A stretch of DNA of 64,000 nucleotides from Candidatus Latescibacterota bacterium (GCA_020349025.1 CP070763.1:1158753-1222752); one strand, 5' to 3'. Shown: positions 17,871 through 27,400, counted from the stretch's first letter. Notes: a model not told the origin generated them from the sequence alone. Program-made: numbers and translations.

Positions 17871-19790
17871 ATGGCTCGCATCTCCACGTCGATTCTCTGG
17901 GCGCTGGCCCTGGCCACCGCGCCTTCTCCGTTGTGGGGCCAGGCACCAACGCACGTGTGGAGCCAGGTGTTTGGCGGCACGAGCAGCGACGCGGGCTACT
18001 CGTGCGCCGTCGACGGCGCCGGCAACGTACTTGTCACCGGGTATTTCACCGATGCGGCAGACTTCGGCGGCAGCTCCCTGAGCGCAAACGGCCGGGGTGT
18101 CTTCCTCGCCAAGTACGCGGCGGACGGTGCCCACACCTGGAGCCAGGGATTCGGCCTCGTCTCCGGCGCCGAGGCTCGCGCCGTGAGCGCCGACGGTGAG
18201 GGGAACGTCGCCATCAGCGGTTTCTACGATGAGACGATCGCGTTCGGGGGCGGTCCACTGACGAGCACGTCGCAAAGCGTCGATGTCTTCGTGGCGCGGT
18301 TCGACTCGAACGGAACACATTCCTGGAGCAAGAGCTTCGGTGATGCGCGCCGCGACGAAGGGGGCGGCGTCGCTGCCGACGCCAGCGGCAACGTGTACGT
18401 GTCCGGCTACTTCGACGGCAGCGTCGACTTCGGGGGTGGTGCGTTCCTGGGGTTCGACGACATCTTCGTCGCCAAGTACGACCCTACCGGCACCCACGTC
18501 TGGAGCAAGCACCTTGGAGTCTCCACGTTCAGCGACCGTGGCCGCATGCTCTCGCTCGACCCTTCCGGCAACCCCGCCGTGACCGGGCTGTTCCAGGAAA
18601 CGGTCGACTTCGGTGGGGGGCCGGTGATGAGCGCCGGCAGCCTCGACATGTTCGTGGCGAAGTACGATGCAAATGGGAATCACCTACTCAGCGGTGGCTA
18701 CGGCGGCCTCAGCAACGACCAGGGCTACGGCGTTGCCACCGACGCCGCGGGAAACGTCATCGTCACCGGACGTTTCGCGGGCACGGCGCAGTTCGGGGGT
18801 GACGTCTTCACGAGCGCCGGGGATGCCGACGTGTTCGTGGCCAAGTACGATGCAGCCGGCGACCACGTTTGGAGCCGCGCCTTCGGCAGCAGCGGTCGCG
18901 ATCTAGGGCTTGCGGTCGCGGTCGACGAGCTGGGTAGCGTCTTCGTCACCGGCTCCTTCTCCGGAACGGTGAACTTCGGTGGCGGCGCCCTCACAAGCGC
19001 AGGCGGCACCGACATCTTTGTGGCCGTGTACGACACCGGCGGCAACCACATCTGGAGCCAGCGCTTCGGCGACGGTGGCGACGACGTCGGACAGGGAATC
19101 GCGATCGCCGACGCCGAGCTCGTCGTCACAGGGTCGTTCGGTGGCACGGTCGACTTCGGCGGCGGTCCTTTGACGTCGAACGGGGACACGGATGTGTTCG
19201 TCGCCAAGTACGACTTTTCCACCGTTCCAACCACGCTCAAGGACTTCGATGCGGCGTGGGTCGACGACCACGTCGCGATCTCCTGGCGTTTGATCGACGT
19301 CCGCGGTGCCCTGTCATTCCAGATCGCGCGTCGTGCCGGTGGCGATGAGCCGTTCGTCTCGTGGGCCGACGCGACGATCGTTCGAAACGAGGAGTCGTAC
19401 GTTCTCGAGGATCGTTCCACGTTGCCGGGCAAGACCTACACGTATCGCGTCGTCGTTCTCGAAGAGGGTGCTGCGGTGACGTCGTTCGAAGTCAGCGTGA
19501 CGACGCCGCGCGCCGCTTTGCTCCTCGAACAGAACCGCCCCAACCCGTTCAATCCGCGGACGAGCATCGACTATTCGATCGACCGCGACGCGCAGGTCCG
19601 GCTGACGATCTACGATGTCGATGGCCACCGCGTCGTGACGCTCGTGGATCGGCGCCTGGGCCCGGGAGCCTACTCCGTGGAGTGGGACGGCCGCGATGCG
19701 CACGGCAACGCCGTGGCGGGTGGCGTGTACTTCTACCGACTCGACGCCGGAGGCCACATGCGGACACGCAAGGCGATTCTGCTGAAGTAG
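17871..19790 (+). CDS. Secreted seven-bladed SBBP-repeat beta-propeller protein with Ig-like and FlgD-Ig-like C-terminal domains
   Basis: Signal peptide; seven ~60 aa repeats 'WS..FG....D.G..VA.D..GNV.VTG.F..TVDFGGG.LTS.G..D.FVAKYD'; tail 'LEQNRPNPFNPRTSI...IYDVDG...WDGRD..G..VAGGVYFYRL'. Confidence 0.88.
   Translation: MARISTSILWALALATAPSPLWGQAPTHVWSQVFGGTSSDAGYSCAVDGAGNVLVTGYFTDAADFGGSSLSANGRGVFLAKYAADGAHTWSQGFGLVSGAEARAVSADGEGNVAISGFYDETIAFGGGPLTSTSQSVDVFVARFDSNGTHSWSKSFGDARRDEGGGVAADASGNVYVSGYFDGSVDFGGGAFLGFDDIFVAKYDPTGTHVWSKHLGVSTFSDRGRMLSLDPSGNPAVTGLFQETVDFGGGPVMSAGSLDMFVAKYDANGNHLLSGGYGGLSNDQGYGVATDAAGNVIVTGRFAGTAQFGGDVFTSAGDADVFVAKYDAAGDHVWSRAFGSSGRDLGLAVAVDELGSVFVTGSFSGTVNFGGGALTSAGGTDIFVAVYDTGGNHIWSQRFGDGGDDVGQGIAIADAELVVTGSFGGTVDFGGGPLTSNGDTDVFVAKYDFSTVPTTLKDFDAAWVDDHVAISWRLIDVRGALSFQIARRAGGDEPFVSWADATIVRNEESYVLEDRSTLPGKTYTYRVVVLEEGAAVTSFEVSVTTPRAALLLEQNRPNPFNPRTSIDYSIDRDAQVRLTIYDVDGHRVVTLVDRRLGPGAYSVEWDGRDAHGNAVAGGVYFYRLDAGGHMRTRKAILLK
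17950..19215 (+). repeat. Seven tandem ~180-190 bp beta-propeller blade repeats
   Basis: Recurrent 'gacttcgg..gg' and 'ttcgt.gccaagtacga' at the DNA level. Confidence 0.8.
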
Positions 19791-19824
19791 TGAGCCCTGG
19801 TGCAGAGCCCAGGATGGAGCATCG

Positions 19825-20274
19825 ATGAGACGCTTCGGTTCGCGCTCCAGATTCAGCGCCCGAGGTGGCAGGCGCCTGCATCTCTTCGGCATGCGCGAGC
19901 AGGCCGGAACGTTGAATCCGCCAGTGCGCACCCAGCTCATTCTGCGCTGGAGCGCGCGGCTGACCAGCACCTTCATCCTCCTGCTGCTTTTGATCTCGGT
20001 TGGCGTGGAGCGCCCCGATCTCGAGGCGCTCACGCCGGTCGACTGGATCCTGACGCTGTTCCTGAGCTGGACCTGCGTGGGGTGGATCCTGGCCTGGCGC
20101 TGGGAAGCGCGCGGTGGCGCCCTCTCGGTTGCCAGCCTCCTGGCGCTCCACCTCGTGGGGTCGGCCACCGAGAGCGTTCCTCCCGGCTGGGCCCTGCCCG
20201 TCATGGCGATTCCCGGCCTGCTCTTCATCGCCTCGAGCGTCGTCGGCCAACGAGCCGCCGCGCCGCGGCGCTAG
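19825..20274 (+). CDS. Small hypothetical membrane protein (about 4 TM)
   Basis: Four hydrophobic segments; GGAG before ATG 19825 (alternative ATG 19891); shares CTAG stop palindrome with the convergent gene. Confidence 0.6.
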   Translation: MRRFGSRSRFSARGGRRLHLFGMREQAGTLNPPVRTQLILRWSARLTSTFILLLLLISVGVERPDLEALTPVDWILTLFLSWTCVGWILAWRWEARGGALSVASLLALHLVGSATESVPPGWALPVMAIPGLLFIASSVVGQRAAAPRR

Positions 20275-20639
20275 CGAGTGGAACCCTCCGACACGGCGGC
20301 GTCCTTGACCGCGGCGGAGTCCACCGGCTCCAGGTACACGGCGGTGCCGTACACCAGAATCTCCGCAGCCGAGGACATCAGGTACGAGGTGGCGAAGCGC
20401 ACTCCAAGGACACCGTTCGCACCGAGGACGGCAGCCTCGGCGACCATGCGGTCGAGCGCTTGCTCCCGTGCTTCCGCCAGCATCTTCGTGTAGTCGGTGA
20501 TCTCACCACCCACGACACCGCGCAGACCCGCCATGAAATCACGCCCCACGTGGCGCGCCCGAATCGTGTTGCCGCGCGCCAGCCCGAGCGTCTTCGCGAC
20601 GCGGTATCCGGTGACCTCCTGCAGCGTGGTGACGATCAT
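20271..20639 (-). CDS. YbjQ/UPF0145 family protein
   Basis: 'MIVTTLQEVTGYRV...LG...G....R..GRDF.AGLR.VVGGEI..Y..ML.EARE.A..RM..EA..LGAN.V.GVRF'; ATGA overlap with the anti-sigma gene. Confidence 0.92.
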   Translation of the reverse strand: MIVTTLQEVTGYRVAKTLGLARGNTIRARHVGRDFMAGLRGVVGGEITDYTKMLAEAREQALDRMVAEAAVLGANGVLGVRFATSYLMSSAAEILVYGTAVYLEPVDSAAVKDAAVSEGSTR

Positions 20640-21091
20640 CGCTCCACCTCCGTGTAGCGCTCCTTCTTGCGGAGCATGAGCCGCTCCCGAACCAGGGAGA
20701 CCAGAAGCACGAGCACACCGAGACCGCCAGCGCCGGCGCCGATGCGCACGATGAGCGGCACCGTCGGATCGGTCCAGAACTCGCGCGACGCCTCGAAGAC
20801 GCCATAACCCGTGAGCAGGATGGCGCCGGCGCCGAACAGGAACCAGCCGATGCCTCTCTCGGCGCGGTTCCAGGTTTGTTGCCAGTAGCGATCGAGTGCT
20901 CTCTCGCTTTCCGTGTACGTGTTCATGGCTTGCACCATCCGGTTCAGGTTTTCGTAGCTCCCCCGCTCCGCACTGCAATCCGCGCAGCTGTGGATATGCT
21001 TCTCGACCTCGGCGCGCTGCGTCGCGTCCAGCTCGCCATCCAGGTAACCCATGAGCAGGACGCGATACTCTTCACATGAACGCAGCATCAT
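20636..21091 (-). CDS. Zinc-finger (ZAS, zf-HC2) anti-sigma factor with two TM helices
   Basis: 'C.E...LLMGYLDGEL....RAEVEKHIHSCADC' (HxxxCxxC); two C-terminal TM segments. Confidence 0.88.
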   Translation of the reverse strand: MMLRSCEEYRVLLMGYLDGELDATQRAEVEKHIHSCADCSAERGSYENLNRMVQAMNTYTESERALDRYWQQTWNRAERGIGWFLFGAGAILLTGYGVFEASREFWTDPTVPLIVRIGAGAGGLGVLVLLVSLVRERLMLRKKERYTEVER

Positions 21092-21672
21092 CGCAATTCC
21101 TCCGCGCCGAGTCGCACGAGGATCTCGCGCAGCTTGCGCCGTGCCTGGTAGAGGCGCGACATCACGGTACCGGCCGGAATGCCCAACGTGGCGGCGATCT
21201 CGACGTAGCGCAGCTCCTCGAGATGCTTCAGCACGATCAGCTCCCGCTCTGCGCTCGGGAGCTCCGACAACGCGCGCGCGACGCGCTCCGCGGCTTCGCG
21301 AGCCGCGACCGGATCGGCCGCGCTCGCGTGGGGCACCGCTTGCCGGGCAACGCGTTCCTCGCGCGCGCGCCGTCGACGCTCCCCGCGCTGCTGCATTCGA
21401 CACTCGCGAATGACGATCGCCCGCAGCCACGGGAACAGCGGGCGCCTCGGATCGACGCGATCGGCGTGACGGTAGAGCTTGAGAAAGGCGTTCTGGGCCG
21501 CATCGAGCGCTGCGTCGCGATCGCCGATCAACGCCCACGCCAGCCGATGCACCCGCCCGAAGTAGTTGCGAAACAACGTTTCGAACGCACGCCGATCGCC
21601 GCGGGCACACGCCTCGAGCAAGGGTTGTTCGGCATCCGCCGTCATCGTGACTGTCGTGGCCTGCGTATTCAT
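21088..21672 (-). CDS. ECF RNA polymerase sigma-70 factor
   Basis: 'GDRRAFETL', 'ALDAAQNAFLK', 'FPWL..I', 'LSELP..ERE...LKHLEELRY.EIA..LGIP.GTVMSRL..AR'; GGAG before ATG 21672. Confidence 0.93.
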   Translation of the reverse strand: MNTQATTVTMTADAEQPLLEACARGDRRAFETLFRNYFGRVHRLAWALIGDRDAALDAAQNAFLKLYRHADRVDPRRPLFPWLRAIVIRECRMQQRGERRRRAREERVARQAVPHASAADPVAAREAAERVARALSELPSAERELIVLKHLEELRYVEIAATLGIPAGTVMSRLYQARRKLREILVRLGAEELR

Positions 21673-21800
21673 GGTGCGACTCCACATCCACTATGCCGCC
21701 GCGGTCGGCTCTCTTCGACCCGGAAAACGAAATCTCGCCCGCGCGCGCGAAAGCGGCTGTCGTTGTTACGGTTATGCTACGCGACGCGCCCCGGGCCCTC

Positions 21801-21809
21801 TGCTATACT
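21801..21809 (+). promoter_or_regulatory. Extended -10 element (TGCTATACT) for the cyclophilin gene
   Basis: TGnTATACT in the divergent intergenic region. Confidence 0.5.
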
Positions 21810-21865
21810 GCCGCGGCCCTTGTGGAGTCGACTCCATCTTTCAAGGCAAAGGAGATCGCGACAGC

Positions 21866-22606
21866 ATGACTCGAACGGCAACTCTCGTCGTCACCTTCCT
21901 GCTTTCTGGCTCCGTGCTCGCGTGGGGTTGCGGCAACGAAGCGAACCAGGAGGGAGCGGAGGGTGGCGGCCACGCCCAATCGGATGACGCGATGCAGGTG
22001 GCGCAGAGCAGTCCGGAGAAGTCCGAGGCGAAGGAGACGCCACCTCTCCTCAATCCGAAGAGCGAGGTAATGAACCAGACGGCCCCCGACCTGTTCAAGG
22101 TGAAGTTCGAAACCACCGCCGGCGACTTCGTGATGGAAGTGCACCGCGATTGGTCCCCGAAAGGCGTCGATCGCTTCTACAACCTCGTGAACGGCGGTTA
22201 CTACGACGGCTGCAAGTTCTTCCGCGTCGTCAAGGGCTTCGTGGCGCAGTTCGGCCTGAACGGCGATCCGGAGGTCACGGCCGTGTGGCGGCAAGCGAAC
22301 ATCGAGGACGAGCCCGTCAAACAGAGCAACACGCGAGGTAGCGTGTGCTACGCGAAGGCGGGACCGCACACGCGCACCACGCAGCTGTTCATCAACTACA
22401 AGGACAATTCGCGTCTCGATGGGATGGGCTTCGCCACCTTCGCCCAGGTCGTGGAAGGGATGGATGTCGTCGACAAGCTCTACTCCGGCTATGGCGACGC
22501 GCCGACGGGACCCGACCAGGCGAAGATCATGGCCGAGGGGGACGCTTACCTCGAGAAGAGCTTCCCGAAGCTCGATACCATCAAGAGCGCGAGCGTCATG
22601 AAATAG
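21866..22606 (+). CDS. Cyclophilin-type peptidyl-prolyl isomerase, probable lipoprotein
   Basis: Lipobox-like 'LAWGC'; 'FYNLV..GYYDG..FFRVVKGFVAQFG', 'RTTQLFIN', 'GFATFAQVVEGMDVVD'. Confidence 0.92.
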   Translation: MTRTATLVVTFLLSGSVLAWGCGNEANQEGAEGGGHAQSDDAMQVAQSSPEKSEAKETPPLLNPKSEVMNQTAPDLFKVKFETTAGDFVMEVHRDWSPKGVDRFYNLVNGGYYDGCKFFRVVKGFVAQFGLNGDPEVTAVWRQANIEDEPVKQSNTRGSVCYAKAGPHTRTTQLFINYKDNSRLDGMGFATFAQVVEGMDVVDKLYSGYGDAPTGPDQAKIMAEGDAYLEKSFPKLDTIKSASVMK

Positions 22607-22607
22607 C

Positions 22608-22645
22608 GAAGTGAGGGGCCGTTGCCACCGCAACGGCCCCACTTC
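22608..22645. terminator. Inverted repeat between convergent genes (probable bidirectional terminator)
   Basis: GAAGTG-A-GGGGCCGTTGC-CACC-GCAACGGCCCC-ACTTC. Confidence 0.75.
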
Positions 22646-22647
22646 TC

Positions 22648-25434
22648 TCAGCGCTGCGCCGAGCTCTCCGCCAGCGGGCGCCCATCCACATCGAGGAACT
22701 CGATGCGGGTGATCCCCAGCTCGCGGATCTTCGGCTCGACCACGTGGCGGTCGCCGACGACGACCAGCACCATGTTGTCGGGCAACACGCGCCCCTGCGC
22801 CAGCTCGGTGAGGCTCTCCACCGTCGTCGCCCGGATCTGCTCCGGGTAGGTGGTCAGGTAGTCCGCCGGCAGATCGTACGTGACCATCTCGTTGATGAGA
22901 CCGGAAACCTCGCTCAGCGACTCGTAGCGACCGGGAAGCTGCAGCACCAGGTTGGCCTGCGCCTTGGCCAGCTCCGCATCGGTCACCGGCCGCGAGCCGC
23001 GAATGTCGCGAACCTCCTTCATCATCTCCTCGATCGACTCCTTGGTGACGTCGGTGCGCACCTGCGAGAAGCAGATGAACATCCCCTGTCCACGCGCCTC
23101 GAGCGGGAAGGTGAAAGCACCGTAGGAGTAGCCCTTGTCCTCGCGCAGGTTCATGTTGATGCGCGAGGTGAACTCTCCACCGAGGATCGAGTTCAAGACC
23201 TCGAAGGGAACGCTGGTCGGGTCGTTCTTCGGCGGCATCAGGTGCGCCGCCATCAGCACCGACTGCGCCGCCTCCGGCTTGTCGATGATGTAGACCGTCA
23301 TGTTGGCCGGCTGCGGCATCGCGGGCAGCGCGATCTGCGGCACCTCACCCCGCTGCCAGCCGCCGAACGCCTTCTCGAGCTTCGGCACGATCTCGTCCAT
23401 CGTGATGTCGCCAGCGACGATCAGCGTGGCGTTGTTGGGCTTGAACCACGTGGCGTGGAAGGCGGCAAGATCCTGCTGCGTGATCGCGCGCACGACGTCT
23501 TCGGTCCCGGATCCGGTGAGAGGCTGTCCGTACGGATGTCCGGCGCCGTAGATCAAGCCGGGCAGGATGCGAATGCCCATCTGCACCGGCCGCTTCTTCT
23601 CCTGCATGATCTGTCCGAGAACCTGCTTGCGTTGGCGGTCGATCTCCTCCTGCGGGAAGGAGGGGTTCAAGACCACGTCTGCGAACAGCTCGAGCGAGGC
23701 ATCGAGACGTGCCTTGAGCGCGTTCAAGCTCACGTTGCTGTTGTCGAGACCGGAGTTCGTGTTGAGGGTTGCGCCGAGCCGCATCTGCTCCTCGCTGATC
23801 TGCAGGGCGTTGCGACCCTTGGTGCCCTCGTCCTGCATGCGCGACGTGAAGGAGGCGATGCCGAAGCGACCCGTCTCGTCCGCCGACCATCCGGCGCGGA
23901 CGAGCAGATCGAGCTGCACGAGAGGTGTCTTGTTCACTTCGGCCAGAACCACCTCGAGACCGTTGCTCAACGTCCGGCGCTGCAGCTCCGGCAGCGTCAT
24001 GGGTGGGTTCGCTCCGAGGTTCGGCTTCTGGGTGCGGTCGAGGCCGGCGACCTCGAGGCCTGCTTGCAGCTCCGGGAAGGGCTCGACGCGCATCACGCAA
24101 CGCCCGTCGTGGAGCCAGCGTTTCGCCGCCCCCTGTACGCTCTTCGCGGTCACGGCGTTGTAGCGCGCAAAGTCCTTCTCGATGTAGCCCGGGTCACCCG
24201 TGTAGACGTTGTAGCGGGCCAGGCGATCGCTGACGCCGCCGAAGCCGCCGATGCGCTGCAGGCCGCGGATCTTGTTGGCGAGGATCTCCGTGCGCACACG
24301 CTCCACCTCTTGGGCGCTGGGTGCGGAGGCGCGGATCCTCTCGATCTCCTCCATCACGATCGGCTCGATCTCGTCCAGCGTGCGACCCTCCTTCGCGGTC
24401 ACACGAACGTAGAAGAGGCTGCCGAGCTCGCGCTCGTCCAGCCACGCCTCCGCGTCCTGGGCGATCTGCAGGTCGTAGACGAGGCGCTTGTACAACCTCG
24501 AGGTCTTCCCCTCGGAGAGAATGCCCTGCAGCACCTCGAGATCCGCTTCCCCCTCCGTGTACTCGGCCGGCGCGTGCCAGGCGATGTAGAGACGCGGCAG
24601 CGGCACGCGGTCCTGCATCTCGAGTCGGATCTCGCGCTTCAGCTCCGGGATCCACTTCGCCATGCGGTAAACGGGAGGACCGGGCGGGATGGCACCGAAG
24701 TACTTCTCCACCTTGGCTTTCGCCTCGGCGGGATCGATGTCGCCTGCCAGAACCAGCGTGCAGTTGTTCGGACCGTAGTACTGCTTGAAGAAGCTCTCGA
24801 CATCCTCCTTCGTCGCTGCGGTGAGGTCGTCCATGTAACCGATGACGTCCCAGCTGTAGGGATGGTGGCTCGGGAACAGGGCCGCGTACATGCGCTCATC
24901 CACGAGTCCGTAGGGCTGGTTGTCGACTCCCTGGCGGCGCTCGTTCTTCACGACCTCGATCTGGTTGTCGAGCCTCTCCTGCGACATCGCTGGCAGGAGC
25001 CAACCCATGCGATCGGCTTCCAGCCACAGCACCTGATCGAGAGCGTTCGTGGGAACGTTCTCGAAGTAGTTCGTGCGGTCGAAGTTCGTGGTGCCGTTGC
25101 GGTCGGTTGCACCGATCGCATCCAGCGCGTAGAAGAAGTCGGTGTTGTGATGCTCCGATCCCTGGAACATCATGTGCTCGAAAAGGTGAGCGAAACCAGT
25201 GCGTCCCACCTTCTCGTTTTTGGAACCCACGTGGTACCAGAGGTTGACCGCGACGATCGGGATCGAGTGATCCTCGTAGAGGATCAGGGTGAGCCCGTTG
25301 TCGAGGACGTGCTTCTCGAACGGGATCGTGGGCGCTTCGATCTGCTGCGCCGACGCGACCGCTGCCAAAGCACAGCAGACGAGGCTCACGAGCGTGAGCG
25401 CAAGCTGTCGTCGCAAGCCGCCAAACCAGCTCAT
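22648..25434 (-). CDS. M16 family zinc peptidase (PqqL/pitrilysin-like), secreted
   Basis: Inverted zincin 'AHLFEHMMF', 'NGTTNFDRTNYFE', 'VKNERRQ'; signal peptide; ATG 25434 has a GGAG SD. Confidence 0.92.
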   Translation of the reverse strand: MSWFGGLRRQLALTLVSLVCCALAAVASAQQIEAPTIPFEKHVLDNGLTLILYEDHSIPIVAVNLWYHVGSKNEKVGRTGFAHLFEHMMFQGSEHHNTDFFYALDAIGATDRNGTTNFDRTNYFENVPTNALDQVLWLEADRMGWLLPAMSQERLDNQIEVVKNERRQGVDNQPYGLVDERMYAALFPSHHPYSWDVIGYMDDLTAATKEDVESFFKQYYGPNNCTLVLAGDIDPAEAKAKVEKYFGAIPPGPPVYRMAKWIPELKREIRLEMQDRVPLPRLYIAWHAPAEYTEGEADLEVLQGILSEGKTSRLYKRLVYDLQIAQDAEAWLDERELGSLFYVRVTAKEGRTLDEIEPIVMEEIERIRASAPSAQEVERVRTEILANKIRGLQRIGGFGGVSDRLARYNVYTGDPGYIEKDFARYNAVTAKSVQGAAKRWLHDGRCVMRVEPFPELQAGLEVAGLDRTQKPNLGANPPMTLPELQRRTLSNGLEVVLAEVNKTPLVQLDLLVRAGWSADETGRFGIASFTSRMQDEGTKGRNALQISEEQMRLGATLNTNSGLDNSNVSLNALKARLDASLELFADVVLNPSFPQEEIDRQRKQVLGQIMQEKKRPVQMGIRILPGLIYGAGHPYGQPLTGSGTEDVVRAITQQDLAAFHATWFKPNNATLIVAGDITMDEIVPKLEKAFGGWQRGEVPQIALPAMPQPANMTVYIIDKPEAAQSVLMAAHLMPPKNDPTSVPFEVLNSILGGEFTSRINMNLREDKGYSYGAFTFPLEARGQGMFICFSQVRTDVTKESIEEMMKEVRDIRGSRPVTDAELAKAQANLVLQLPGRYESLSEVSGLINEMVTYDLPADYLTTYPEQIRATTVESLTELAQGRVLPDNMVLVVVGDRHVVEPKIRELGITRIEFLDVDGRPLAESSAQR

Positions 25435-25482
25435 GGTGAAGTCCACTCCTTCCATGCGTACAAAGAGTGCGAGGATGGCGTC

Positions 25483-25491
25483 ATTCTAGCA
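25483..25491 (-). promoter_or_regulatory. Extended -10 element (TGCTAGAAT) for the M16 peptidase gene
   Basis: Near-consensus element between the M14 stop and the M16 start. Confidence 0.5.
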
Positions 25492-25515
25492 CCTGGGAGG
25501 GGCCCGTGCGCTCGA

Positions 25516-27336
25516 CTATTCGCGGGCCACCGGATAGAGCCGCCAGCGCGAGTCGAAGTAGGGCGTGCGCTCGTAGAACCAGCGCAGCCGCGCCTTGGGG
25601 TCGGCGGCGAAAGCCTCATCCTGCAGAAGACGCTGCTCGAACGTCGCGCGCAGCTCGGGATCGCGCGCCAGCATCTGCTCCGCCAAGCGCTCGAGCACGT
25701 ACGCTTCTGCATACTCGGTGCGCTGGAGCACCTCGATGAAGAATCCCCACTGGAAGAAGGAGTCGGGGGACTGCGGCTCGAGGAGCAGGATCGCCAGATC
25801 GCCCAGAGGTTGATCGGTCGCGATGCGAACGCTGCCGGGTGGGAAACGCTCGCGCCGCTGTTCGAGGCGAACGCTGGGGGTGACGCGCACATGCCCCTCG
25901 TACGGCTCCGCGCCCAGCTCCCACTCCAGGATGCGGTACATGCCGACGTCGACTTCGCGCCATGCCTCCAGCGTCTCCATCTCGATGCCGTGGAGCGCCA
26001 GGCGCTCGATCACCTCCGGCCACGCGGGAGGAATCCAGTACGCGTCCGGCCGCTGCACCGTGTGCGCCGGCTCGGTGCGCTGCAGGTAGGGAATGGAAAG
26101 CTCGATCGGCTTGCCGGTGTACTCCAGCTGCAGCGTTCCCGAGTACGGTGAGAGGTGCAGGCGCGACTCGACGCCGAGGAAATCGATCTTCGGCGGTTCC
26201 CCCTGCGCCACACGCCACTCGAGCGGCACCTCGCGTGGTCGGCGTTCCCGATCACGGCGCACGGCGCGGCGCAGCCCCCCACCCTTGTGGGCAAGCGTGC
26301 GCATGCTGCTCTCGAGCAGCACATAGGTTCCCAGGACGCGCTGGTCGTACGGCTTGAGCGAGTGATTCTCCACCAGCACGGTCGGCAAGCGGCGGGCATC
26401 GCCGTAGCCGCCGGAGTAGCGCGGCGTCGACGTCCAGAAGGTGATCCCCTTGTGGATGTCGCGCGCATCGTCTGCAAAGACGAGCGGCCCGGGAACGTGA
26501 CCCATCGCTTGCAGATCGCGCTTCAGGGCCGTGGTGAGCTCGCGCTCGATCCAGCGGTCGATGGCGGGAGAGTGCCCATGCGCACCGTTGCCGCCCCAGG
26601 TGATGTCGTACTGATAATCGGCGCCGTCGGTCACGTGCAGATCGAGATAGAGATCGGGCTGCCAGGCGTTGATCATGCGCAGCATGTGCCGCATCTCCGG
26701 TGTGTCGAGCTTCGCATAGTCGCGGTTCAGATTCAGATTGCGCGAATTCGTGCGCCAGCCGCTCGCGATCGGTCCTCTCTGATTGATGCGCGACCACTCG
26801 GAAAAGCGCTCGTGACCATCCACGTTGAAGATCGGTACGAAGAGAAAGTTGACGGCTTCGAGAAGCTCACGCTTGGTGCCGCGCACGCTCAAGTCGCGCA
26901 ACAGCATGAGGCCGGCGTCCTTGCCGTCGATCTCGCCGGCATGGATCCCGGCCTGCGCCAGAAGCGTGGGCTTGCCCGTGGCCAGCAAGGCTTCCGGCGT
27001 GAAGACGAGATCGCTCGAGGCCACGACCATCCAGATGGAACGTCCTTCGGGGCTCTGCCCGAGCGCGATCATCTCGAGCTCCGGCGCCGCGCTGCAGAGG
27101 CGCTCGAGCCAGGCCACGGTGTCGTCGTAGCGAGGCGTCCGCGTCAGGCCGGAAGCCTCGCTCGGCGTGATCCACGAGTCATCCTCGCGGACGACGAGCG
27201 CGCGGCTGGCGCCGTCCCACGCCAGCGCCGGCGGCAGGGTCTCCGACGGCCGGGGGGCGTCCTGCGCCGCGAGGCCACCGGCTCCCAGCAGCAGAGCAGC
27301 CAATGCGAAGAGAATGTTTTCGAGACACTGCGGCAT
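25516..27336 (-). CDS. M14 family zinc carboxypeptidase, secreted
   Basis: 'QAGIHAGEIDGKD' (HxxE), 'PIFNVDGHER', 'NLNLNRD', 'YLDLHVTDG'; signal peptide. Confidence 0.9.
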   Translation of the reverse strand: MPQCLENILFALAALLLGAGGLAAQDAPRPSETLPPALAWDGASRALVVREDDSWITPSEASGLTRTPRYDDTVAWLERLCSAAPELEMIALGQSPEGRSIWMVVASSDLVFTPEALLATGKPTLLAQAGIHAGEIDGKDAGLMLLRDLSVRGTKRELLEAVNFLFVPIFNVDGHERFSEWSRINQRGPIASGWRTNSRNLNLNRDYAKLDTPEMRHMLRMINAWQPDLYLDLHVTDGADYQYDITWGGNGAHGHSPAIDRWIERELTTALKRDLQAMGHVPGPLVFADDARDIHKGITFWTSTPRYSGGYGDARRLPTVLVENHSLKPYDQRVLGTYVLLESSMRTLAHKGGGLRRAVRRDRERRPREVPLEWRVAQGEPPKIDFLGVESRLHLSPYSGTLQLEYTGKPIELSIPYLQRTEPAHTVQRPDAYWIPPAWPEVIERLALHGIEMETLEAWREVDVGMYRILEWELGAEPYEGHVRVTPSVRLEQRRERFPPGSVRIATDQPLGDLAILLLEPQSPDSFFQWGFFIEVLQRTEYAEAYVLERLAEQMLARDPELRATFEQRLLQDEAFAADPKARLRWFYERTPYFDSRWRLYPVARE

Positions 27337-27351
27337 CGGTCTCTCCCGGCC

Positions 27352-27379
27352 TTGTCGAGCGCACCTGGCCGGGTAGAAT
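27352..27379 (+). promoter_or_regulatory. Sigma-70-type promoter for ftsH (TTGTCG-N16-TAGAAT)
   Basis: Near-consensus -35/-10 followed by a GGGAGGGG SD. Confidence 0.6.
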
Positions 27380-27400
27380 AGCATTGCGGGAGGGGACAGG

